A stretch of DNA of 64,000 nucleotides, from positions 23,312,001-23,376,000 of the forward strand of contig NC_092355.1 of the NCBI RefSeq assembly GCF_963676685.1. The letters run 5' to 3'. Shown in pieces: positions 23,852 through 38,010 of this stretch (its first letter is position 1; each line of letters starts with the position of its first letter). The position numbers were made by a program, and so were the translations under genes. The stretch comes from Mytilus edulis (taxonomy: Eukaryota). The notes below the pieces were generated by a model. That model did not search any database and was not told where the DNA came from. It worked only from the letters and a program-made list of their open reading frames with translations.

Positions 23852-26675
23852 TACTAACAGATTTACCTGTACCCACCAAATATTCAAAAATAAGTGCACA
23901 ATAAGTTATATATAAAACCCACAATACATAAAAGTGAATGACTACACATAATTAGATTTTAAAAACAAATTAAAATTGGTTATAAACAAAGTAAAATTCA
24001 GGCACATTATAATATGACTGATTTTATTTCATATTTTGAGGTTGGGTTTTTTAACACCCACAAAAAAGGCATGTTTTTTGTCTGATTCAAATGCTGTACA
24101 TGCTTCAAATGATTTCACAATTTAAAATAAATATTTTCATCGGACAATAATCCATTATATACAGTATGATTGTATTGAAGGAATAAAATGCCTTTTGGCA
24201 CTAGTTGTGTCAGAGTTGAAGTACTTTAAATGTGTAAAGGTGTCATCTTGAAGAATATATACTCTGTAATTTAAAGTTCATTTAAAAACTCAATTCCTTT
24301 ATAAGCTGTGTTTGTGAAATTGTGTTTTTATCCTGTCCTTTGAAATGGCATAAAGACTTTTAACAAAGTGAATGAAAAAGATAGAATTTTAAAATGATAT
24401 AAACAGAGAGAGAAAAGGTTTATTTCGAGATGTTTCATTTGTGAATAAATTTGCCATTAGCTGATTTTTTTTTACTACAATTACGTGTAAGGTAAATAGG
24501 TGTGGGGTGTAATGTCAATGAGAGCATCCCTGAGATATGGCACTAAAAACCATAAGAAGAAATAGAACTATTTTTATGAGAGTATTTAGTCATTTTAGTT
24601 AGATATTATGTATTTAAATAGTCAATGGGCATGGACCCCATTAGTTTACCTTTGACTGTCACACTGATTTTTGTTAAACACAACCCCCTTGTTAACAAAT
24701 AAGCAGTATTAAAGTCAACATTCTGTGTTTGATTGCTTCATGAAGCCATGTAACCCCCCCTCCCCACTGAATGAATTGGTCACCATACTCCTGGTTCAAT
24801 TTCAAAAGTCAATCAATTAAGTAACGATTCGATTAGGAAAAAAATAACAATTGTAAAAGTGACATATATATTACTTTTCAATATGTGTTAAAATGGTCCC
24901 ACATTTATGTAACTTGCATTATTCTTTAAACCGATGTTCAATGATCGACATAGCTCATTAACTTGTTCTTATATCTTAACACAAAGTATATGTATATAAT
25001 CAAAAGTCAAAGATATTGTATTTATTTTATCATTGATCGTTCTATCGGAACAGTGATGTAAATGTCCCATCGTTTGACGTCACTAGAAGAAGAAAAAAAT
25101 CTTCTCTGGGACAAGGATGTTGTCCTTGTATAAAAAACTCAAATTCTGTAATGTCTAATTTCAATTATGAATATTGATATATTTTTTTGTTGCTATTTCT
25201 CTTGTTTTAAATTAGATTGATTTTCTACGTTATTTGTTCAGGAAAACAAATGATATGTTTTGGTTCAAAGTTTAGAATCAATAACTTACAGTAAATAAAA
25301 AGGATTAATTGGATTAAATGTAATAATTTTACAAGTTATTAAATGGAAGTTTCTGAATCACATTTACAGGTCAGCTCCTAGTTAAATTTAAGATTCACCA
25401 AAATTATTTAAGATTTGTACATAATCTCAGAGACCTGCAGCCAGGGAATCATTATATTTCCAAATACATAAGCAAGTTTAATAATTGCTATTTTCCAGAA
25501 ATGCTGCGTATACAATAATGATATCAAAATTTCAAATGGGGTTTTATAATTGAAATTTTATGAATTTAAAAAAGAAAAATCACAATTTACTGTAGAAATA
25601 TAAATTATTATTTTTTTCAAAGTTTAAAACGCATGCAGGTTACATGATTTGTGACACATATTCCGTTGCAAATTTCAAAATAATATAAACATCTAAAACT
25701 TCTACATTTTATACAGTATTCGTTTGGAATTTCTTGCTCAAAGATGTTACAAATGGAATGAAAGAAATGTTGTGATGAAGTAAATGTTACCACTAATTGT
25801 ATATTCCAAATGCATCATCTGTGTTCCTGCTGGTATCCTAATTAAAATCTTTGTATCATCCTGTCAGGGAACAGATTGTCAGACTATTTATATTGTATAT
25901 ATGTATTTGTTGCACATGTTGCAATTATTGTAACATTATCATTGTGGTTGGTTGGAGTTAATTGTTATTCTATAAAGAGATTACAAAATGAAAATTAATT
26001 TTATGTGAAATCAAATGACATACATTATTTATTAGGTTACTGGATACTGAATTGTTTAAGTTTTTTTTCAAAGTTTCTTACTCCAATTAAAACAAGACTT
26101 TTTTGTATAATTTTTTTTCTCATCTATGAAACTCATGCCACTAAGTTTTGAAGGTAAGATTTAAATGTCATGTGGTTTGCAACGATGGTGGAAGCACCCA
26201 ATGATATCAACGAGTGTAAATCAATGATATTTGGCTGGTGTTAAAGAATTGGCACATCTCATTTTCTAGGCGATTATTTGGTCTTTTAACCCCTGACAGC
26301 CACAGTTCAATGACTTTGAAACTCTTTGATGGTTAACATTAGTGATGCCATTTGAATTTCAACTTGTGTGTCCTATAAAAACAGGTGAGACACATGTCTG
26401 TGTCAACAGAATTCATTGACATTTCAACATAATCCAGATAATAGACTACAACATTGTACTCTTGCCATTTAAAAGAACTTTAAATCTTTGCACTTTGCTT
26501 TTAATGTCTTTTAGTATAGTTGTACTTTTCTAAGGCAAATAAAGTTGCGAGTCATATTTTTTGGACAATTACGATGTTTGTTTTCTCCAACTTATATATA
26601 TTCTTTTTTCCAAAATTATTGTCAAGCAACTTGGCGAAGATATTTTAGAAACATTTGTTATTCTGTAAAGAATTT

Positions 26676-26850
26676 GCAGTTTCAGAATCTAATGCATTCT
26701 GGGTAATATTTTCACAAGCCTACACCAAAATGTTGTGATTGGTTTAAAACGTTCCCTGAAAAATTGAAATTCAACCACTGACGTAACATTGTTTTCATTT
26801 TGGTGTACGAACAATGAGATTACCCATAGTCCTTTAAATTCTGAAAAGGC
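26676..26850. mobile_element. Foldback-type MITE
   Basis: Nested inverted repeats: TTTCAGAAT/ATTCTGAAA, TGGGTAAT/ATTACCCA and TACACCAAAATG/CATTTTGGTGTA. Confidence 0.75.
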
Positions 26851-27669
26851 TATTAGAATTGAACAGACTCACAGTAATGTCCCTTATGTTCCTGTGAATT
26901 CTATCTTATCATATTCAGTTTATATAATTTAAGGATGGCATGTTTTGCTTGTAAATATTGTAAAGGATGAAAGTAAATTAGAGTCTTAATTGACATCCAG
27001 GCTGTTGTATTCAGAGATATGAAATTGATTCTTAAAAGTTACAAATTCTTTCTCAGCAGTGTCTCTGAAGATACTGTGGATTGCTTAAATTGGAAGTTCT
27101 AATGTATTTACACATTCAATTTTGCTTTTTTCTTATTTTCAAGCTTTTATTTTGATGTATTTTGTTGTCTTGATGAAGATAGCATAAATTCCTAAATTTA
27201 CTCATTATAACTTGTTCCTGATCAGACCAACACACTTTCGCAATAATCAGAAGATTCATAATATTGACTGGATACCAATTTGTGTGGGTCTCGTGGGAAC
27301 AGGTGAACAACAAATTTAAATGTTCAACAAATGACAAATTTTCATGAAATGCACTCTGAGAAATTGATAGAACTATTTTTTAGAATCATGTTTAAAAAAA
27401 AAAATCATTTCATTTTCAAACTTGATTTTGATTGAACAGTTTAACTTCCAATACACTAGATCTTGTACTTTATTTTGATTGGACAAACAAACTTTCAATA
27501 CACCAGTTCTTGTTTGTTAATGAAACAGTAAGTACAACAGATGTTTGATTATTATCAATTAATGAGAAATTGTCTGGACATTGTCCATCTTGTGATCAAT
27601 ACACATTTCAGGCCAAGCCAAAAACATTAGTAAAAACATCAGATGTCTGATAGGCATTTACATAATAAA

Positions 27670-27861
27670 AGTATGACTTTCATTTTCACTGAACTAGTAC
27701 ACATTTTTTTTAAGGGGCCAGCTGAGGCCTCAACAGTGACCTCTGGGTGCAGGATTTTCTTACTGCAGTGACGACCTATTTCAGCTGTTATCTGCTGTAA
27801 AAAAAGGTTCATAATGTTGTCTTTTTGACATATTCCCCTGGAATTTCCATTCTCAATTTTA
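27670..27861 (+). mobile_element. Family B copy
   Basis: TCACTGAACTAGTACACATTTTT..AGGGGCCAGCTGA...TTCCATTCTCAATTTTA. Confidence 0.8.
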
Positions 27862-30646
27862 TAAATTATCAATGCTATTCAAGTAAAAATGTATTGCCAA
27901 AATTACTCCTTGGTAAATTGAAAGGGCATGTCCATAAAAACTAACTAAATCAATCCTTAGACTTTGTCAACCTATGGAACATTTCATAGATAACAACTGT
28001 CATATTCTTTATATTGTGCAGGCATTCCCTTAAGAATTTATTTAATTTTCATGTTTAAAAGAATGGGTGAAAAACATCAGTTAATTAGGGGGATATTATG
28101 GTTCAACCCTGAATGCTTTATGGGTAAAAATTATCAGCTATAGAATGTATTTTCTTAGGTATTTTGGTCAAGTAGGAAGACTAAATCAATGCAATTTATG
28201 AAAATTTTATTGTCAGTTTATGTCTGGCCTGAAAAGAACAATTGATTCATCAGCCTGTTTACATTATGTGGCCCGACAATAAAGTCTAAAAAACAAGTCC
28301 CAATGTGGATAAAAAAAGAAGAGAAAACAACAAATAATTTTTTTGTCAATTTTGCAGTATAAAAAGGATTTATTTTATAAATAAACAAATGGCCATGCAC
28401 ATTATACATATTGTTAAAAGAATGACAAAATAACATTAAAGCCAATCCTTTGGATAATGTCCGTATACCCACTGTATATTTTTAGAAAGGGATTATTTAA
28501 AAAGGGCTGTATACGTTTGATAAAATAACATTTAACAATTTGAAATTGCCTAGACTTCCATTCTTAACTCAATCTTTTGTATATAGTTTACACTAGAAAG
28601 GCTTAAAAAGCTACTTCAAAGAATATTTTGGCCAATATGAATGTCCAGTGTTTGTGTATTAGATTTAAATCATTTAAAGACTAGTCAGGTGTATTATTGA
28701 CCCTCAGGGAATAAATAATGATTGTTGTCCAGTCAGACCTGTGTTATGTAAAGTCACATGACTTCATACCTGAATGGCCAGTGTTATGTGTGAAATAGTT
28801 GTACAAACTGAACATTGTCTTTAAGATTGACTGATGACCAGAGGGTGTCTGGCTGACCAATACACACTTGGGAATTACTGCAATACACTAATCTAGGATA
28901 GATAAGAATTTAATTAGATCAATTGCACCTGTGGAACTGACATTGATTCACAGTTTAACTGACCAACATGTGGTTTGTAGGGTGATTGAACCTGGCTTGT
29001 CCAGCCTTGTTGGTCATCAATGGTCAGGTCAGTTCATTGACCACAGTTCTCCTTGGTCAATGCCAGGTTATACTGTAGTGTGCTGATTTATGACACCAAC
29101 ATGGCAACTTGTGGAATTATTGTGTAATATAACTCCTTGGATTTATTAACTTACCAAGAATATTTTTTGTGTACCTGTGGTCAATATTTTAGGATTAATA
29201 ATTTTACAGGTAAGCTGTCATTATATGTGTTCAGGTATAGCTCTTTTCACTGACCATACACAAGTTTCATTTGTAATATTTATGTAGTACATTCATGTAT
29301 GATGTTTACTAAATAATTTTGTAGTTGGTCAGAATATTTTTGTCCAAAATTCTCTCAGTGAACTTTTCTACTTGTGTTAATGCCAATTAGCACCTGGTTT
29401 GGTGGTTATTTAGAAATTATACAAAATTACTACTATAATAACACAGATGCATGTGATATATGAAAATTATATCAGCAACTTACACTTATAATAAGGAAGT
29501 GATCTTTGCATATATATCTGATTGAAAGTGAATGAATAATTTTGAGAGAATGTTATTAGTGAATGGACAATTTTGAAGGAATGAAATTCAGTTTTGATTT
29601 TCTTGGCGTATAAATTATTGTGGTAGAAAAATTTGATTCATGAAATAATTACAATTATAAATCTGACATACTCTATGATGCACTTCTGTGAAATTTAGAA
29701 ATCTATGTATAAATTATTTTAATAGAGTAGAATTTTATGTTAATGAAATGAAAAACTGAAATTCATATATAAAATGTTGAAAGTACAACTAGTATTTTAA
29801 AACTTTATAAATTTACTATACTTTGTTATATTGAACTTTATATGCCATTTACAGGCAATATAAAAAAAAAAAGGTTACACAAATGTTTCCAATAAGTTAT
29901 GAAACTTCATTTTCTGACTAGCACCTTATGGTCTATTTAAGTTATAAAGTCATATTGTTAAATCTTATTTACTGAACATTTTCTTTTTTTCATCTTGTAG
30001 CACACCAACGAATTACATACATCAGGTACAGATCCAAGATTTAAAAAAAGGGGGGACCCTGGCAGACCATAATGTTAAAGTCTATGCATTTATCATATAT
30101 GACTCGATATTGAAAAATAGGGGTGTCATCCTAAATCCAACTGCAGACGCACTCTGGCAAAATCTAATAAGCTTTCCTCAAAAAATGAATAGGTATTAAC
30201 ACTAGCTCTACATGTAGTGTATTATTAGGAAGTTTGTGTAATAAATCTGTTTCAATTCCAACCATATTAAAAAATGAAGAAAAGTTAAGAAAAGTTATGA
30301 TAAAAACACAAAAATACTTAAAATTTGGCATTAAAATAAATCTTTGTTGGTGGGTTTGCCTATAGCATCAAAATTGAATGCTTTTCTGTGAAAATATGCT
30401 AAAAAAAAATCCTTAAACAAACATGTGCTTATAGTTTGAATTTTTTTCAATGACAAAATATTATCCATTTATTTCCTCATTTTAGTGTGTTCTTGTTTGA
30501 CTCTCACATTGATTGATATATAAGTGATTACATTTTGATGATTTACTAGTGATTTCTGGTATTGCCATGAGACCTTGGAGTGTTAAAAATGTATTGTAAA
30601 TTATACAGATGCTGCATTACATGTGTAACAGTAACAGCTGCTTCTC

Positions 30647-31510
30647 TTCCTCAAAGCCTAGATTACACGAGGGTGGACAGGGGTGACTCTTCCTAAGGCC
30701 TAGATTACACGGGGGTGGACAGGGGGTCTTTTCCTGGGGCCTGGATAACATGGGGTGGAAAGGGGTCCCTTCCTAAGGCCTAGATTACATGGGGCTGGAC
30801 AGGGGTTCTTTTCATGGGGCCTAGATTACATTGGTGATGCCAGTGGTTCTAGATTAAATGAGGGTGGACAGGGACCCCTTCCTAAGGCCTACATACCATA
30901 GACGTTGACTGGGGTCCCTTCTTAGGGCCTAGATTAGACGAGGATGGACGGGGGTTTTCTTTTGAAGGCCTAGATTACATGAGAGTGGACAAGAGTTCTA
31001 TTCCTAAGGCTTAAACACGGGGGTGGACAGGGCTTCTTTTCCTATTTTTAAAGCTTAGATTACACAAGGGTGGACAGCGGGTCTTTTCCTGGGGCCTTGA
31101 TTACTTGGGGGTGTACTGTGGGTTCTTTACTTAGACCTTGATTACATGGGGTGGACAGGGGTTCTTTTCCTGGGGCCTGGATAACATGGGGGTTGACACT
31201 TAAAGGTTCCTTTCCTAAGGCCGCCTAGATTACAGGAGAGTGGACAGGGGTTCTTTTTCCTGAGGCCTAGATTACATAGGGGTGAACAGGGGTTCTTTTC
31301 CTAAGGCCTATATTACACAAGGTGAACAGGGGTTCTTTTCCTAAGGCCTATATTACACGAGGTGAACAGGGGTTCTTTTCCTAAGGCCTAGGTTTTATGA
31401 GGATTAACAGTTGTTTTTTTCCTGAGGCCTAGATTACATAGGGGTGGACAGGGGTTCCTTTCCTCGTGCCTTATTGATAACATAGGGGATGACAGTGGTT
31501 CTATTCCTGG
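30647..31510. repeat. GC-rich degenerate ~41-bp minisatellite, about 21 copies (TTCCTAAGGCCTAGATTACA.GGGGTGGACAGGGGTTCTT)
   Basis: GGCCTAGATTACA and GGTGGACAGGGG recur across about 860 bp. Confidence 0.95.
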
Positions 31511-32212
31511 TGACAAAGATTTAACCCCCCTTTTTGTTACCCACAATACATGTAATAGGATTTATTTTAATTTAAACAGATCTATAAAACTTTACATTTG
31601 AATTCAGAATTCTACCTGTCTTACAATCAATTATCAGAGGTGATATTTAGCTTTAAAGATTTAAATACCTGACAATCGTTAAAAAGATATTACTCCCACC
31701 AAAGGACAATAGATTTTTACAAGTTGTAAGGGATTTCAAAGTTTTATAGCTTGGCCTTGATCATTTTTACACATTTGAAAATATGATCATCTTATATTGA
31801 TTAAAATGTATCAAGCATTTGTTGATAAGATTATAATTTATATGTAAATGAGGGTCTAAATTGTACACTGCACTTCTGGATAGAACATGTTGAATTATCT
31901 TGTGTTATTAGGCTTATAAACAAGCTGCGTTCAATCATCATTAATTTTAATCATTGATATTGTTTCATTATTGTCATGGTTATGAAAGAATTATTTAATT
32001 CAGAGGTTTATTTCTGTCCAGAGCTGATCATAATCAGAATCATGGATTGAAGATCTGTTATTAATGGCTCAAACAGGTTTTGATTCTATCCTTCATTCTG
32101 TTTTGGAATATATGTTGTAAGTTCATGTTTTCTTAGACAGCAACCCATCAAAATATGAAAATTTGAAGAAAAAAATAATCCTAGTTATATGTTCATTTGC
32201 ATTAGGATCTTA

Positions 32213-32414
32213 TTGTGGATTCATTTATTTTCGTGGGTTCCTGAATTTTCGTGGATTGAAGAAAACTTGCATTATCATGGATATTTGATTTCCTGCTTTT
32301 GCCAAAGGCAACAGATCAGCTATATGAAATTTGTTATTCGTTGAACATTTAATTTCTTGGTTCATCTGTAACAACGAATTCCACAAAATTGGTATCCCAT
32401 GAATAATAATGAAT
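32213..32414 (-). mobile_element. CTGTGGATTCATT-family MITE
   Basis: TGTGGATTCATTTATTTTCGTGGG...TTGGTATCCCATGAATAATAATGAAT. Confidence 0.8.
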
Positions 32415-32962
32415 TTTTGCTGATATTGAATATAATCATAGATATCATATTTTTTTCTGTTAAATATCTATTGTTATGTAATGAATAAACAAATTTTAAA
32501 TGGTAAAAAAAACCTGTCATTTCCTGTTGAATTAGCTCCAGGTAAACAATCCATCAAAATATCTAATTTATGAATTAGAGATTATTTTTAGTGTGAATTA
32601 ATTTAGAGATTATTTTTAGCTTGAATTAATTAAGTGACAATCTGATTGGATATGATTTAATACATTGTAGAAAAATGTTAATGTGGTTATTGTAATGACT
32701 ACTGCCTATAACTTATTGTAATTACTATATTTAAGATGGAGAAAAACAACTTGATTATCTCCACACATGATTTGAGTGGAAAACAATGCTACGATGTTAC
32801 AAACATATATGTAATTAACAACTTGCATGTACATGTTATATTTGTACAGACCAAAAATAGTGCTTATTATCATACCAGGAGCAGTATCTATATATGATTA
32901 TCTTGGGTCTTTCCAATACAGTGCTCAAAGACCTTTTTGCTTTTTGGATATTTAGTTTGAAA

Positions 32963-33146
32963 TTTGAATGCCCCACACTGGGGGAAAGCAGAGTGAGTGA
33001 GTCTACCCTTTACTGTCTGTCCTTCTGTCTTTCTAACTTGCAGGACTTCTGTCTTTCCCTCTGTCCTTCCCTCTGTCCTTCCCAGTTTCATTTGTGAGAA
33101 GCCTGAGCAGGGCACTGATCCGTGTCATCAGACACATTCATCTTTT
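32963..33146 (+). mobile_element. Short HINE/DINE-1/pearl-like (Helentron-derived) element
   Basis: A T-rich start and a CCCCA-CAC-TGGGG hairpin are followed by a CTGTC(C/T) microsatellite-like tract, a sub-terminal GGGCA, a 3' hairpin GTGTC-ATCA-GACAC and a T-rich end. Confidence 0.55.
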
Positions 33147-33645
33147 ATTTCTTTAATGGATGATATATTACATTGTAACTACCCTCTGCTACCACTGATA
33201 GTTGACTAATTATGGCTTCAATATACAGTCTATTGTCTAACTTAATGTCTTTACTAATCTATAAACAAAACCCACCAAGTAACATGTACTTAAAAATAAT
33301 ATAAACAAAATAATAGAAAACTTAATAGCTAATATTGAATTATGATGTTGTATTATCCAAAACAACAAGATACTGATATATTTTGTGCTTGTAATTGGCT
33401 GATAGTAAGAAAAATTCTTGTCTCATTGAATCTCTGAGTTTGTGACAATAAAATCAATAACTGAGGTTTGCAAGTTAGCTGTTGTAATTAGACTTCACCT
33501 GACCATCCTTGTTGTCTTGTTACATGTACCTGTGATAGGTATATATATATATATATATAGACCAATTATAAACGAATTATAAATATATATATACAGTATA
33601 TGATTAATTTTTAAGAGACAAATTTTTCTTAGGCAATACATGTAT

Positions 33646-33911
33646 GAGGGTATGGAGGGGTTTACGGAATAGAGAATAATAAAATACAGATTAAAAAAAA
33701 GGGGGGGAAATAAGAGAGAAAAATAAGCCAAATATACAAAGAATAGAGATTAATGGATTAGGTACATTGTAGTTAGATATAAAACCTACAAAGAATGGAG
33801 TTAAATGGGCAAAATGTATTTATGTAAAAGGAAGAGAAAAATGCTTAAAAAAATAAAAATACAGAAATTATAGACATCCCCCCTTTTTTCCCCCCACCAA
33901 TCCAGACCCTC
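33646..33911. mobile_element. MITE with TIR GAGGGT(A/C)TGGA and an A/G-rich interior; related decayed copy at ~59921-60200
   Basis: GAGGGTATGGA / TCCAGACCCTC, with internal GAATAGAGA repeats shared with the 59.9-60.2 kb copy. Confidence 0.65.
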
Positions 33912-34138
33912 ATTTAAGTATTTCACATATTATTGAAAGGGTAACACATTGACCCCCTAAGGACATATCTCTGACTTATCTGTACAATAGTACAGCAATC
34001 AGTAGCCTTGATATAATACAAGATAATCTGGCTGATAAAATGGTGGACATTATGTATTGATCTGATGAGGTCATAGACACTAGGGCTACTTGTACTACTT
34101 GTACTGGTCATCGTATCACAGAACATTGACGGGATTCT

Positions 34139-34610
34139 TAAATTAGCCGTAAACATGTTGACTGTTAGACAATGGTTTGAATTGTTGAATTGTATCTACT
34201 ATGGTCTAGGTGACTGAGTTCTCATACTATGGTTGTATTTCAATTAGTGATCATACACATGTACAAGCCTAGGGTTATTGGTATATTTATAAAAGTATGA
34301 AAACTAACAGAATTTGTATTAAGGTATCTGACTTGTACTGTGATGTCATTGTATTAGGGAACATTGGCCGATTTTCAAATTAGCCGAAAACAAATTGTTA
34401 CCCAGTTTGAATTGTATCGACTATGGTGTAGGTGACTGTGTTCTCATGTTGTGGTTTGTGTAATTTTGACTTGTGTGAATTGTATCGTATGGTTTATGTG
34501 ACTGTGTCTCAATGTTGTGGTTTTTGTATACACAAGAATTTCAATTTAGTGATTAAAATGTATAGCTAGGAGTTATATAATCAATCTATATTTGTAAAAG
34601 TGTGAAAACT
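34139..34610. repeat. ~240-bp diverged tandem duplication
   Basis: AAATTAGCCG.AAACA...GAATTGTATC.ACTATGGT.TAGGTGACTG.GTTCTCAT occurs twice. Confidence 0.8.
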
Positions 34611-34620
34611 GCCTGTCATT

Positions 34621-35135
34621 TTCTTGTTAAAAATAATGGATTTATTTCAATAAATTATTGAACATATAGTTCTGAGTTAAAGCAGAGGGCTGGTGTGGAT
34701 AGAAATGGTTGAGAAATATTTTATGATGAAAAACTTGTTCCATTTCATATCCCCCCCCCTTTTTTCCCCAAAAAAGTATTTTTCTTGTTAAAAGTAATGG
34801 ATTTATTTAAATAAATTATTGAACAGTGACTGATCTACCATATAGTTATGAGTGAAAGCAGAGGGCTGGTGTGGATAAAATGTCAGAGAAACAATTTTTT
34901 TGCCAGAAGTTCTGTAATGATGAAAAAGCTTGTTCCGTTTCATATCCCCCCTTTAAAAAAAAAAAGTAATTTTTTTGTTAAAAATAATAGATTTATTTCA
35001 ATCAATTATATAACAGTGACTGTTCTACCTTATAGTTCTGAGTGAAGGCAGAGGGCTTGTGTGGATACTATGTCTTTGCAAGAAGTTCTGAAACTGATTA
35101 AAAAGCTTCCTTTATACATCCCCCCTTTTTTTCCC
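34621..35135. repeat. ~160-190-bp tandem repeat, 3 copies
   Basis: TTGTTAAAA.TAAT.GATTTATTT...GCAGAGGGCT.GTGTGGATA...ATCCCCCC occurs three times. Confidence 0.85.
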
Positions 35136-35835
35136 CTGAAATTAATTATTAAGTTGTGTTATAATGTAACGTTGCATTTGAATTAGTTAGGTCCATGGTC
35201 TTAACTGTTATTTTATTTTGAATTGACCACTAATACATGTAATACAAGGGATTCAGTAATCAAACCTGGGGACTATGTTATTATAATTAAATGATGAATT
35301 TTGAAAATATAGATTGTATATAATTTCATTGCATATTCATATAATTAAATAAAAGAAAAATAGGAAAGGCTCATATTTGACTGCTTAGGAAATCAATATT
35401 TAAATTACATATTGTTCCATTAGTAACCTTGAGTTTCTTCATTTCTTAAAATAGATAGTATGTTTGCAGTCCCGTTTACAATTAATACATATATTAGAGG
35501 ATGTTTGTTTTATAGAATTTACTTAAAGCCTTGATTGCATATTTGTTAAAGGATGTTTTCAGTTATGAGACCTTGTAGAAAAGCCATGCACTGAAATCCA
35601 AATAAACAAGATGATCCACGCTATCATTTTGAATTGGCCATTTTTGGGTTTCTTTAGTGAATAGTAGTATCTTATATGTGGCAATCTCATTCATCTAAGG
35701 AATACAGGAATTTTAAATGGACTTTTAATATATTTCGTGAACTAGGATGAGGTTTTGAGAAAGACGGACTATTATTTATTTGTTATTGATGAGTTGTATT
35801 GTGCCAAAATTGTGAATTGTGTAATGTTGATACTC

Positions 35836-36105
35836 ATATGTCGTTGTCAAGATAAAACGATATTTGTCAAAGGGGGCATTAGCTAAAAGAATGAGTAAAA
35901 AGTAAAATGATAGCAAAACGCAGATAATGCCATGAATTGTATAATTAATGTACTAATATGTTATTGTCAAGTTAAAAAGATATTTGTCAAGGGGGCAAGC
36001 TAAAAGAATGAGTAAAACGTAAAATGATAGCAAAACGCAGTTTATGCCATGAATTGTATAATTTTGATACTAATATGTCGTTGTCAAGTTAAAACGATAC
36101 TTGTA
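35836..36105. repeat. ~118-bp tandem repeat, about 2.3 copies
   Basis: ATATGT(C/T).TTGTCAAG.TAAAA.GATA.TTGT occurs near 35836, 35956 and 36073. Confidence 0.85.
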
Positions 36106-37732
36106 AATAGAACAATCACATGCTAACAAAAAAAATGGTAAAAAGTAAAATGGTAGTGCAACAATTTTGTTATACAGATAATTTTGTGAGAAGAGTTGCT
36201 ACAAAAACTATGAAGTTAAGTGAAATTAAATATGTTTTGAGTAAAATGATAGTGCAACAGTATTTTGTTAGAAGAGATACTACAAAAATTACCAAGTAGT
36301 GAAATAAAATATGTTTTTTTTTCATGTAGTAATTATGTAATGCAAGACTAATATGCATTAATATTAGTGGCAGTTCTTATATCCTATTTCAAACTTGATA
36401 GAAAAAGTAATAATATCATTGGCCAATTTGCCTATCTGATATACAGAAATTCGATTCTTTCTGTTGCACATTAACTACGCACCATAATAAAGAACATATT
36501 ACAGTCATGTTTCATTGTTTACCTATTCAATATATTTCTAAAAAGTTTTAATGAAAATGACCTTCAAAACATTAATAACTATTTAATGATATTTATAAAA
36601 ACAAAGAGTAAAACAAACACACAAAAACAAACACACAAAAACAAAACAAAAAACTCATTATTTACGTATACTTCATGCCATTCATTTGTTATATGACGTC
36701 AAATTGATTAAGTTGGAAAAAAAAACAAAGAATATGTAATATGCATATTTTGTAGAATTGAACATTAACATGTAATGCATTCTCTGCACAATTCATTTTT
36801 GTGAGAAAAAATCTGAGAAGAAAGCAAAACAAATCTTGGCAGTGTTTGACTGTTATCTCTTGATTTCCATCCAACAGGGTAATGCATACATGTTACAAAA
36901 TGTTGAGGTGCCTTAAGGGAGGTATTTAATGTGTAAGATTTTTCATTATTATTATAAAATGTTGTTAAAAACGGCCAAATATAAATTTCACGATTTCTAA
37001 CGCCAAACACTTTTGAAGTTTTCATCATTTTATTTTTTCCAGTTGTTGCATAACCTTTCCTTTATTTGATAAATATTCTTCAAAGTTAAATTCTTGTTAA
37101 AAAATAAAGAACCTAAATTTATTGGTCAGCACTCTGCCTTCTGGTTTTAGACTGGATTCTGTATATATAAATTTTGCATACTCCTAATTTGAGGTATTAA
37201 AGCTTTTTTTCAACATTTTGATCTACAAAACCAAATCAGAGCTGTTATTCACCAGTTTATAAAATACCATAATTTTAATTACCACCAAACTCTTACAACA
37301 TCTGTTACAGCTGATAGATTCATTTTTTTTATAAAAATTTAAAAGAAAAAAAAAAGAAAAAGAAAAAGATTTTTTTTTCAAACATCTGTTCAGCTGATAA
37401 AATTGAAAAAAAAAATTAAAAAAAATTTATAAAAATAAATCAATAACTGAATTTATGAGAAATTGTGATTTCATTTTAGTGAAGTTGTATTTGTATAGTC
37501 ACCATTCTATTTCTAAAAATAGATAATTAGTAACGATTTATAGGTAGAATTAGTTAGAGTAAATCTACGGATCCCCCATATGATATGTAAACCTCCTGTT
37601 GCATATTATGAAATATGTTATGAGAAGCATGTTCTATAGGTATCAGTAGATATAAACTATAAAAAATACCTATGTTGTTTGATTTGTGAGACAGGGATCC
37701 AGTTAATCTACCATGATTTATGTAAGTCATAA

Positions 37733-38010
37733 ATCATACATGTAGATAATAATTTAACAGATATTATGTGTATTTCGATCCCTGATAATAATTTAACAGA
37801 TACTATGTATATTTCGATCCCTGATTATTAGTGATTTTATTCCATTATTGTTACTTGAAATTTCTTATCTATGATTCTTTCCCAAGAAGATCATACATGT
37901 AGATGATAGTTTAACAGATATTATGAGTATTTCGATCCCTGATTATTAGTGATTTTATTCCATTACTGAAACTTGAAATGTCTTATCTGCCGATTCTGTT
38001 CCCAAAAAGA
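37733..38010. repeat. Compound tandem duplication (TTTAACAGATA.TATG.GTATTTCGATCCCTGAT)
   Basis: The motif occurs three times, and there is a ~157-bp dimer. Confidence 0.8.

Noticed and set aside
28830-28860. CTGATGA followed by hairpin CCAGA-GGGTG-TCTGG (hammerhead-like)
   Set aside because: There is no GAAA after the stem and no stem III or cleavage triplet. The CTGATGA hits near 1145, 34062, 43651 and 56528 fail in the same way.
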